The notes beneath the pieces were generated by a model that was not told where the DNA came from, searched no databases, and worked only from the letters and a program-made list of their open reading frames with translations. From an uncultured Gammaproteobacteria bacterium (lineage in GTDB: Bacteria; Pseudomonadota; Gammaproteobacteria; JAURND01), in NCBI GenBank assembly GCA_963714975.1, contig CAVQQD010000002.1:64001-128000 (forward strand): a stretch of 64,000 nt of DNA, written 5' to 3'. Position numbers and translations under genes: made by a program. Numbering within the stretch: the stretch's first letter is position 1; each line of letters starts with the position of its first letter. Below, piece after piece: positions 1 to 9,133 of this stretch.

Positions 1-163
1 ATCTCCTTATTTGCAAGGGGCACGCGTTAGTGCTGAGGTGGTGAGCCAAGGGCGTCACAAAAAAATCCGTATTATTAAGATGCGTCGTCGTAAGCACTAT
101 ATGCGTCGTCAAGGACATCGGCAGGATTATACTGAAGTTAAGGTATTAGCAATTAATGCTTAA
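1..163 (+). CDS. rplU: 50S ribosomal protein L21, 3' part (runs off window start)
   Basis: Frame 2 reads ...[37 protein letters not shown], directly upstream of rpmA. Confidence 0.96.
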   Translation, partial: SPYLQGARVSAEVVSQGRHKKIRIIKMRRRKHYMRRQGHRQDYTEVKVLAINA

Positions 164-185
164 TATATAGTAAGAGGTTATTGCA

Positions 186-1471
<1,286 letters not shown>

Positions 1472-1515
1472 AGAAAGGCACTGAGGGCTGTTGTGGAAGT
1501 TATTTTGCGAGGGCA

Positions 1516-1791
1516 CTAGGAGCTGGCAAGCACTAATTTCTTCAAGCGGGCATTTAAGCGGCTTTTTAAGCGCGCGGCCTTGTTTTTATGAAAAATACCT
1601 TTGGGTACCATTTTGTCGATTTGTGAAAAGGCAGCCTTGACTGCTTCTTGGGCTTCAGTCTTAGAGCCGCTCAATATGCTCGCACGAGCCTTTTTTAGGT
1701 AAGTATAAGCCCGTGAACGTAAAGATGTATTTCTCGCTGCGCGCTTGATAGTCTGTCGCGCACGTTTTTTGGCAGATTCAATATTAGCCAC
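1516..1791 (-). CDS. rpsT: 30S ribosomal protein S20
   Basis: MANIESAKKRARQ...HKNKAARLKSRL. Confidence 0.98.
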   Translation of the reverse strand: MANIESAKKRARQTIKRAARNTSLRSRAYTYLKKARASILSGSKTEAQEAVKAAFSQIDKMVPKGIFHKNKAARLKSRLNARLKKLVLASS

Positions 1792-1827
1792 GATTATCTC
1801 CAGTGATCTGTATTAATAAGAGGTGGA

Positions 1828-1856
1828 ACTATGCCTTGTCCCCTGAGGATTGTCAA
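1828..1856 (-). promoter_or_regulatory. Probable sigma70 promoter of rpsT
   Basis: TTGACA-17 nt-CATAGT on the minus strand upstream of rpsT. Confidence 0.6.
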
Positions 1857-2074
1857 TGATTTTTACAGGTAACCATTCAGCACAGGCTGTTTTTGCCAAC
1901 TTTGGCAATGTGGTGAATAGTTACTTTTATTGCGATGATTTCAGCAAGTGGACTTGAAAAAACTATTTATTCCGAAGCAATGGTGGATGGCGTGGTGACA
2001 TTAGAAGATTTATTCTGTGGAAGAAGTGAAAGCAATTAAACTGGATAAATAAGGAACGTGTCCTCCTCAAATAA

Positions 2075-2120
2075 GCACTTAAAACAAGGGATCCCCAAAC
2101 CGAAGGAACCCCTCATCTCA
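2075..2120 (-). terminator. Hairpin plus T-rich tail after the 152-aa gene (probable terminator)
   Basis: Minus strand GAGGGGTTCC...GGATCCCCTTGTTTT; related hairpins at ~54184 and ~60896. Confidence 0.5.
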
Positions 2121-2135
2121 AGGTTCGTTACTGGT

Positions 2136-2594
2136 TTAGAATAAACCGGTCCGCTTTTTCTGCGAGAGCAGATCCATGAGCTGGTTACATTCTTCCCAAG
2201 ATTCGTCCCCATGACGATAACTCAGCGCTCTACGCAGCAAGCGGCAGAATTCTTCATGGTAGACGGGATATTTCACAAAGCTAAAAACATAAGCTCCGCC
2301 AGATACGATTTCTGCAATGGCCCGTGAGAACATATGCAAATACTCCGGATGCTCCTTAAATTCTCGGTAGCGTATGAAGGTTTGCAGACGAGACTCATAG
2401 ATGCATAGCAGACGCCCATCGGTCAAAATCGCCGTGAAACTAAGCCCCACTAAGGTGGAGATTTCACGTAAATAATCTTTCTCGTTGGGATCGCATACGT
2501 CGCAGTAACGTTTGAAGCTAGAGTGAAATATTTCAGCAAGACGATAAATGTCGTTGCTCGTTAGCGGCAAAGCCGCTAAAGTAGAGTTAGCCAT
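2136..2594 (-). CDS. Hypothetical 152-aa protein, copy 1 (antisense-regulated, toxin candidate)
   Basis: ORF with GAGG RBS; near-identical paralog at 53706..54164 including ~200 bp of leader. Confidence 0.85.
   Translation of the reverse strand: MANSTLAALPLTSNDIYRLAEIFHSSFKRYCDVCDPNEKDYLREISTLVGLSFTAILTDGRLLCIYESRLQTFIRYREFKEHPEYLHMFSRAIAEIVSGGAYVFSFVKYPVYHEEFCRLLRRALSYRHGDESWEECNQLMDLLSQKKRTGLF
2554..2582 (+). promoter_or_regulatory. Antisense promoter inside the 5' end of the 152-aa gene
   Basis: TTGCTC(2554-2559)-17 nt-TAAAGT(2577-2582); conserved as TTGCCC-17-TAAAGT in copy 2. Confidence 0.6.
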
Positions 2595-2663
2595 ATTGAC
2601 CTCTTTTCGCAGGTTAATTTGGTTAGCATCGTCATTGGGGTGCTACCCTTTGACGGTGCGCTA
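2589..2663 (+). ncRNA. SymR-like cis-antisense RNA, copy 1 (~75 nt)
   Basis: Starts AGCCAT (antisense to the start codon); hairpin ATTGACCT-loop-AGGTTAAT covers the RBS; second hairpin ATCGTCA..GGG-loop-CCC..TGACGGT; ends GCGCTA; layout resembles E. coli SymR. Confidence 0.6.
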
Positions 2664-2869
2664 TCAAACAAAGACCAGGGGGCATAGGCCGCGATAAAGA
2701 GGACTTGTGTCCCCCGATCCCCTATCTTTATGAGACAATCATACGTACCAACTGTAGCACAAAGATGCGCTTAGGATGCTCTCAGCAGGTTATGAAGTCA
2801 AGCGAAATTGCGTTAGCAGTATTTGCTTGCAACAGCAACTTCTTTTCGTAACTTCGCAGAAATTTTACA

Positions 2870-2902
2870 GTTAACAATTTCTTAAGGTAAATTCAGTAGA
2901 AT
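2870..2902 (+). promoter_or_regulatory. PmrA-type box plus -10
   Basis: gTTAA-ca-AT-tt-cTTAA-gg-TA-N7-TAGAAT, matching the Legionella/Coxiella PmrA tandem-repeat spacing. Confidence 0.6.
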
Positions 2903-2969
2903 CACTTATCAATGCAATGGTAGTTTATTTATAATGACTTAACTAACGAGTTAATTGAGGTAAAAACTT

Positions 2970-4413
2970 ATGAGTGATGAACAGGTGCAAAAAGCTAAAA
3001 ATGATGCAGTGAGACTTATTGGTTTTTTGACGGGATTGGGTGCAGGTTTTGGAGGGACTGTGGGCGTGACCGGGGGGGGTAAGTAATTTTTTAGAATTAT
3101 TTGCAGCTTTTGGCTTACCTGCAGGGGGCGCTTTAGCCGCAATGAGCGTATGTTCGTATGTTTTTCAAAAGTTTTTCATTTACATTTATACGAAATACTT
3201 CAATAAGGATTGTAACCAAAGCGCTTTAGCTGATGATACTAAAACAATAAAAACAGAATGGGTGAAAGAAAAAAAAGCTGAGAAAAAGAAACAAGCATCT
3301 AAATCTACCTATCAATGGGTTCAGTTCCCTGAAAAGACACCAGAAGAATTAAAAGCTGATAATGGCTTATACGATTATCTCTTCAAATTTTTAATAATTG
3401 GTGATTCTCGTATAGGCAAAAGTTTTTTGCTGTTAAGGTTTACTGAGCATACCTATCTCGAAAGTTATATCAATGGGGCCGTTTATGGTGATTTCAAAAT
3501 AAGAACCATTAGTCACGATGATAGAAATATAAAATTGCAAGTTTGGGATACCGGGAAGGAACTTTTAAAGCCTGCAAAAACCCAGGAAGCTCGTGCTCGT
3601 GGAATCATTGTAGCTTACGATGTCACTGATCAGGAAAGTTTTAACAGTGTAACAAGTTGGCTACTCGATGCGCGGTGTGTGTATAACTTAACGACACCAT
3701 TAATCTTAGTGGGGACCAAATCAGACTTAAATACTAAACGGCAAGTAGACTATGAAACGGGGGAAGAATTGGCTAAGGAATATGGAATACCCTTTATTGA
3801 AACCAGCGCCAAAGCAGCCACTAATGTAGAAAAAGCATTTCTAATCCTTACTAATGAAGTAGTAAAAGGTATGATTCCTAAAAAAGAGTCTAAAGCAGTG
3901 GGCCAAGATCCATTTGCCCAAGCTAATGTGGATAGCACCGTGTTTGCTGATATGATAGCTATTGCTAATCAGCAAGTGGGGCAAAATTATCTACTGCAAG
4001 TAAATAATCGCATTACCTTATTTGGTGCTATTGATAGAGAAGCTCGGAAGAGAGATACGGATTTAGACGATTTCGAGGTTATTTGTAAAACAGCACAATC
4101 TTCGGATGAGTTTGTTCGGAAGGTTATTGAGCTTCGGAATGACGTAAAAGCGCGTCATAAACTAGATGGATTAAGTGGCCTTATTGGCATAACCCGTAGT
4201 AATTTCGCCAATTGCCTGGATGATGCACTGAAAGCTATGTTGAAAAAAGCTCCAGCAAACGGGCATTTTGCTCTTGCCTATCGTGAGCATGTGACACCCC
4301 AGCGTGCACCGGTAGTTTCTTCTGGACCAACAACTGTAGTAGTCGCAGAGCGGGAACCGGAAAGACATTTTTCTCGTTTACAACGTCGGCATGGTGGTGG
4401 GGGTGGTAAATAG
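2970..4413 (+). CDS. Eukaryotic-like Rab1/Ypt1-type GTPase-domain protein (effector candidate); N-terminal hydrophobic segment out of frame at G8 tract 3072-3079; intact ORF 3142..4413
   Basis: YDYLFKFLIIGDSRIGKS, DFKIRTI, IKLQVWDT, YDVTDQESFN, GTKSD, IPFIETSAK match Rab1; ATG 2970 with GAGG RBS joins the ORF if one G is removed. Confidence 0.85.
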
Positions 4414-4450
4414 GCTACAGGGACAACGAACGGAAAGCCACTTCAAGGCA

Positions 4451-4495
4451 CCCTCATCCGGCCTTCGGCCACCTTCTCCCACAAGGGGAGAAGGG
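4451..4495. repeat. REP-like palindrome family A (CCCTCATCCGGCC..CCTTCTCCC..GGGAGAAGG)
   Basis: Further copies at ~17426-17470 (inverted), ~17512-17553, ~38814-38848, ~43428-43472, ~48201-48225. Confidence 0.8.
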
Positions 4496-4615
4496 ATTTT
4501 TAACCCCCCTCTCCCACCTTCCCTCGCTGGCGAGAGGGAATACGAGTCCCTCGTTGGCGCTTGGGTGCGGAAGAGGACAGCAATTGTAAGTCACCACTTG
4601 TGTTAAAGTAGTTCC

Positions 4616-4786
4616 TAAGAGAGAAAAGGCTCCCTCGCAAGAAGGAGCCTGCGGGCGTGAGCGACCGGTCAGCAATAGGTTATACAGCCGTGGGAATCAA
4701 GGTACTCTAGCCCTAACTCTCGATACGTTTGAATAGTTCATTTGGGACTAAAGCTCCCGCTTACAATCGTAAATATCGAGGTTACC
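4616..4786 (+). ncRNA. Bridge RNA of the IS110 element
   Basis: 5' hairpin 4627-4650; target loop with CAGCAAT (4670-4676) and GGGAAT (4692-4697); donor loop with ATAGTTCATT (4733-4742) and CTTACAAT (4760-4767) closed by CTCGATA/TATCGAG; 5' end approximate. Confidence 0.8.
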
Positions 4787-5740
4787 ATGAAATTGTATAG
4801 TTCTTTTATCGGTATGGATATAGGGAAATTTAATTTTGTTGTTGCCTTACATGGAGAAAAGATCACGAAAGAGTATCCAAATAGCGCTGAGGGCATTAAG
4901 GATTTTTTAAAAGATTATGAAGAAATTTTACCCACAGCATTTTGTGTGGTTGAAACGACAGGGGGTCATGAAAAAATTTTGTTACTGGCCCTGCGTTCTA
5001 ATAGATATGCAGTCCATCGTGCAGATACTAGGAAAGTAAAAAACTTTATCCATTCCTATGGTAAAAAGGCAAAAACAGATGCATTAGACGCTAAAGGACT
5101 AGCCCATTATAGTTATGAAAGGTATCAGGAATTAGATATTTATGAACCTCCTGATGAAACGGATATAGCACTTTTTACATTGGTAATGCGTAAAAATGAT
5201 TTAACAGAGATGCTGGTTGCTGAAAAAAATCGCCTTAAATCGCCTAATAATCATGAAATAGTAGAAATAAGTTGTAAAAAAATGATTACCATGCTCTCGG
5301 AAGAAATCAAATTGCTCAATGAGAAAATAAATGAGCTGATTGAAGGTGTACCTTATTTAAGGGAAAAAAGGAAAGTTTTAAAGAGCATTCCAGGGATTGG
5401 TGATGTGCTGAGCTGTGAATTGATTACTTTATTGCCTGAACTAGGAACACTGGATAGGAGAAAAATAGCTGCTTTAGCTGGGTTAGCTCCTCAAGCAAAT
5501 GAGAGTGGCAAATACAAAGGATACAGGCGCTGTGGTTATGGTCGTCAAGGAGTGAAGCCAAAATTATTTCTCGCTGCCATGGCGGCAAGGAATTCAAATT
5601 CGCATCTAAAAGTCTTTTATGAAAAATTGGTTGGGTCAGGTAAAAAGAAAATGGTGGCTTTAACCGCTTTAATGAGAAAAATTTTAGTCATCGCCAATGC
5701 AAAGGTAAGAGATTTCAATAAAGAATATAATTTGGCTTGA
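4787..5740 (+). CDS. IS110-family DEDD recombinase/transposase
   Basis: GMDIGK, VVETTG, KTDALDA, SIPGIG, ESG serine motif, GKKKMVALTALMRK; ATG 4787 after GAGG preferred over TTG 4742. Confidence 0.95.
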   Translation: MKLYSSFIGMDIGKFNFVVALHGEKITKEYPNSAEGIKDFLKDYEEILPTAFCVVETTGGHEKILLLALRSNRYAVHRADTRKVKNFIHSYGKKAKTDALDAKGLAHYSYERYQELDIYEPPDETDIALFTLVMRKNDLTEMLVAEKNRLKSPNNHEIVEISCKKMITMLSEEIKLLNEKINELIEGVPYLREKRKVLKSIPGIGDVLSCELITLLPELGTLDRRKIAALAGLAPQANESGKYKGYRRCGYGRQGVKPKLFLAAMAARNSNSHLKVFYEKLVGSGKKKMVALTALMRKILVIANAKVRDFNKEYNLA

Positions 5741-5889
5741 AAGAGCACCAAGGAGGGTGCGGTCAAGCCAAATCGACAAGCCCGCTCAGCGGGCGCGTCA
5801 GTAGGGAGAAACCCTAGTTTAGGCTGGGGTTTATAGACTTGTATGCTTAAAAATTTTATTTTTTTAAAATTTTTAAGACATAGTTGATT

Positions 5890-6042
5890 CCCGCTCTTCC
5901 GTAATGTGACCAGCGGGTGACGCGCAGGCGGGGCCCCAACAGAAATCCCCCTACCCCCTTTTTGAAAAGGGGGTAGGGGGATTTTGGTGGGGTGCCGTAG
6001 CGGCAGGACCCGTTGGGGTCAGGGTTTCAGCGGGAATTGCTG
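5890..6042. repeat. Miniature inverted-repeat element (ends CAGCAATTCCCGCT / AGCGGGAATTGCTG); left end interrupted by IS110; contains hairpin 5943-5984
   Basis: Rejoined left end is the reverse complement of 6029-6042; homologous element at 56053-56161. Confidence 0.75.
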
Positions 6043-6060
6043 GTGGTGGTGGTGGGGCAT

Positions 6061-7374
6061 TTATTCCGGATGTTCCAAGTACAAGACCCCCGAGTTGTAG
6101 TCGTAGGCAAATAACTCGGCATGTCGGCCCCAGTTAATCGCGATATCAAGCACTTCTTCCGCGGCTTCCTCGCTTAGGTGATCTTCAAGCTCGCGCAGAA
6201 AGCGGTCTTCTGAGGCATGATGCCCGGGACGTTCATCCAGCACCCGGCGGATATGGCGGGCGAGGGGAATGTGTTTTAATAAATGTGCCGCAAAAATTTG
6301 TTTTCGGGTCAGAATATCCGCTTCAGCAAATTGTTTGCCGGCGCGGGTCAATTCAATATCTCCTTTTGAGACATCGGCAAAATTTAAAATTTCTAAGGCT
6401 TCAATCATTAAAAACAGTTGATCGACATCTAGGTTAAGATCCTGGGCTAATTCTGGCAGGTCTACTTTACGTTGGTATTCCGGCAAATTTAATGTCTCTA
6501 AAAAACCAGTCAATTCAGAAATTCCCACCTTGGGCAGTCGGTAGCCAATTCCTAGGGCCTTGTGCTTCAAAACGATATCAAATTCTTGGTAAATTGATGT
6601 CGTCATCAAGGTATAAATTTCATCGACTACGGTGGCTACTCCTTCGTCTTCGGTACCACGTGGATGCGGAATGTCGACGCGTAATTCACCACGAATTTCA
6701 CCAGGATTACTGCTAAAAACCAAAATTCGATCGGATACTAAGGCGGCTTCTTGAATATTGTGGGTGACGAATAAAATGGAGCGAATATTGGTTTTACGTT
6801 CTTGCCACAGATCCAACAAGTCACTGCGCAGATTGTCGGCTGTCAGCGCATCCAAGGCCGAAAATGGTTCATCCATCAGCAGCACATCAGGGTTGACCAC
6901 CAATGCCCGGGCAAAGCCGACGCGTTGCCTCATGCCGCCGGATAATTCTTTGGGGTAGGCAGATTCAAATCCATCTAAGCCAATAATGTCAATGGCTTCT
7001 AAAGCACGGGCGCGGCGTTGCTCGCGTTTCACCCCCTGCGCTTCCAGGCCTAGCTCGACATTTTGTAATACCGTAAGCCAGGGAAATAAGGCAAAACTTT
7101 GAAACACCATGGAAAGCCCTTGCACCGGTCCCGCGATGGGCTGATTGCGATACAAGGCATCTCCTTTGCTAGGGGCAATAAGCCCGGCAATAATACGCAA
7201 TAACGTGGATTTTCCAGAACCAGACTTCCCAAGTAGAGCGACGATTTCCCCTTCGTATAAAGCAAAATTAAGCTGGTTGAGGACGAGCAGATCCTGTGAC
7301 TCATTGCGCCGGAAAGATTTAGAGACATTGCGGATTTCAATCAGAGTTTCCGTTGATTCAGGTGAATTTATCAT
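6061..7374 (-). CDS. Nitrate/sulfonate/taurine-type ABC transporter ATPase with C-terminal AAA-associated domain
   Basis: GKSGSGKS, LSGGMRQR, LLMDEPFSALD; long C-terminal extension ending WGRHAELF. Confidence 0.93.
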   Translation of the reverse strand: MINSPESTETLIEIRNVSKSFRRNESQDLLVLNQLNFALYEGEIVALLGKSGSGKSTLLRIIAGLIAPSKGDALYRNQPIAGPVQGLSMVFQSFALFPWLTVLQNVELGLEAQGVKREQRRARALEAIDIIGLDGFESAYPKELSGGMRQRVGFARALVVNPDVLLMDEPFSALDALTADNLRSDLLDLWQERKTNIRSILFVTHNIQEAALVSDRILVFSSNPGEIRGELRVDIPHPRGTEDEGVATVVDEIYTLMTTSIYQEFDIVLKHKALGIGYRLPKVGISELTGFLETLNLPEYQRKVDLPELAQDLNLDVDQLFLMIEALEILNFADVSKGDIELTRAGKQFAEADILTRKQIFAAHLLKHIPLARHIRRVLDERPGHHASEDRFLRELEDHLSEEAAEEVLDIAINWGRHAELFAYDYNSGVLYLEHPE

Positions 7375-7383
7375 GTAAATTTT

Positions 7384-9132
7384 TTACCCTAAAGTAAACC
7401 GGTTCGCCGCCATGCGGTACAAAGGGCGCCATAAAATATGGTTAATGGCCAGCACGTAAATACACATGGTAGCAATGCCCAGCGCTAGCCGATGAAAATC
7501 CCCCAGCTGCGACTGTTGCGTAATATAAGCGCCTAAGCCCGTGGCTACGATATGCGTATTCCCCCAACTGACCATTTCCGCAATAATACTTGCATTCCAA
7601 GCGCCACCTGCGGCCGTGATAGCTCCAGTCACATAGTAGGGGAATATACCGGGGAAGATCAGCTTGCGCCACCACAGGCTGCCGCGCACTCCCAAGGAAC
7701 CGGCGGCTTGCTGCAAATCCTTAGGTAGAGCAATCGTCCCTGCGATCACATTGAAAGCAATATACCATTGCGCGCCTAAAATCATTAGCGGTGAGGTCCA
7801 AATGTTGGCATTCAACTGATAACGCACTAGGATTAATACCGCGACTGGATAAAATAAATTGACAGGAAAAGAAGCCATAAATTGAATCATCGGCTGGGCA
7901 ATGTGGGCGATTCGTGGGTGCAAGCCAATCCACACCCCAACCGGAACCCAGAGCAGAGAACTGACTACAATGAGGGTCATCACCCGCAGCGCTGTCACTG
8001 CTCCCAGAAAAAACACATGGGCAATTTCTGCTAGCGTGATGCTGGTGAGAATGAAATGGCCGAGAATGCTTAAAGCTGCTAACACACTCAAACTCAAGGC
8101 AAGGTACCAAATCACCAGCAGTGGCGAAACATGCGGTTGTTTCTTGAGCAAAATCCGCTGCGATCGCGGCTGGTGAATCATCACTGGCAAATTAACAAAA
8201 CAATCCCATAACCAAGTTTGGAAATGACTTATTTTACGCAGCCAGCGGGTACGTTGGAACAGACGACGTACGAAAGAACTGGGCGGAAATTCCTCGCTGG
8301 CTTGCTCAAATTTAAATTTATCAATCCATTCATTTAATGGGCGAAATAAAATTTGGTCATAGAGAAGAATAACAATCAACATCGTGATGATGGCATAAAA
8401 AACGGCGTGAATATTAGCCTGACTTACCGCCAGCGCAATATAGGAGCCAATACCCGGCAGGGTGATATTTTGGTTGTTGACAGAAATAGCTTCTGAGGCT
8501 ACGACGAAAAACCAACTTGCCGACATCGACATCATAGTATTCCAAAGCAACCCAGGCATGGCAAAAGAAACATCGAGACGCCAAAATTTTTGCCAGGAGG
8601 AGAGTTGAAAAACTTGGGCAGCTTCTTGGAGATCCGCTGGGATGGTGCGTAAACTTTGATAAAAACTAAAGGTCATATTCCAAACTTGCGCCGTAAAAAT
8701 CGCAAAAATAGCCGCACATTCCGGACCCAACAGACTATTGGGAAAAAGGGAGATAAACGCGACCACGGTAATGGAAAGATAACCAAGCACTGGCACGGAT
8801 TGCATAATATCGATGAGGGGAATAATGACCCGTTCCGCGTGCGTACTCTTAGCGGCAGCAGTTCCCACAATCAAAGTAAATAGCAGGGAACAAATCAGTG
8901 CCAGACCCATACGTAACACGCTACGCAGCGCATAATAGGGTAAGTAAGCGGGGTCGAGTGAAATGACAATCGGCTCGCCCAGCTGATAGGGCGCAGCCAT
9001 TTCTTTGGCGCTAGTAGCGAGTAGAACTAAAAAGCCAATTACCAAGCAAAAAGCAATCACATCCCAATAATTGGGATAGCTCCAAGCTTTTAGCTCATTT
9101 TTAGCTAAGGTCCATTTGGCAAATATGGGCAT
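7384..9132 (-). CDS. ABC transporter permease (duplicated NitT/TauT-type TM domains)
   Basis: Two EAA-type loop regions, many TM helices; start MPIFAK chosen. Confidence 0.9.
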   Translation of the reverse strand: MPIFAKWTLAKNELKAWSYPNYWDVIAFCLVIGFLVLLATSAKEMAAPYQLGEPIVISLDPAYLPYYALRSVLRMGLALICSLLFTLIVGTAAAKSTHAERVIIPLIDIMQSVPVLGYLSITVVAFISLFPNSLLGPECAAIFAIFTAQVWNMTFSFYQSLRTIPADLQEAAQVFQLSSWQKFWRLDVSFAMPGLLWNTMMSMSASWFFVVASEAISVNNQNITLPGIGSYIALAVSQANIHAVFYAIITMLIVILLYDQILFRPLNEWIDKFKFEQASEEFPPSSFVRRLFQRTRWLRKISHFQTWLWDCFVNLPVMIHQPRSQRILLKKQPHVSPLLVIWYLALSLSVLAALSILGHFILTSITLAEIAHVFFLGAVTALRVMTLIVVSSLLWVPVGVWIGLHPRIAHIAQPMIQFMASFPVNLFYPVAVLILVRYQLNANIWTSPLMILGAQWYIAFNVIAGTIALPKDLQQAAGSLGVRGSLWWRKLIFPGIFPYYVTGAITAAGGAWNASIIAEMVSWGNTHIVATGLGAYITQQSQLGDFHRLALGIATMCIYVLAINHILWRPLYRMAANRFTLG

Positions 9133-9133
9133 T

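Larger units (their letters stand above)
4583..5889 (+). mobile_element. IS110-family element (IS621-like layout), bounded by an ATT core at 4583-4585 and 5887-5889
   Basis: DEDD recombinase, non-coding left end with guides matching both junctions, no terminal IRs. Confidence 0.9.

Noticed and set aside
1860-2060. Possible decayed gene between rpsT and the 152-aa gene
   Set aside because: No recognisable motif or sizable ORF
4391-4675. Short ORFs 4391..4606 and 4454..4675
   Set aside because: They translate palindromic repeats and the IS left end
4742-4786. TTG-start N-terminal extension of the IS110 recombinase
   Set aside because: It overlaps the donor-binding loop; ATG 4787 has an RBS and gives the usual distance to the first Asp
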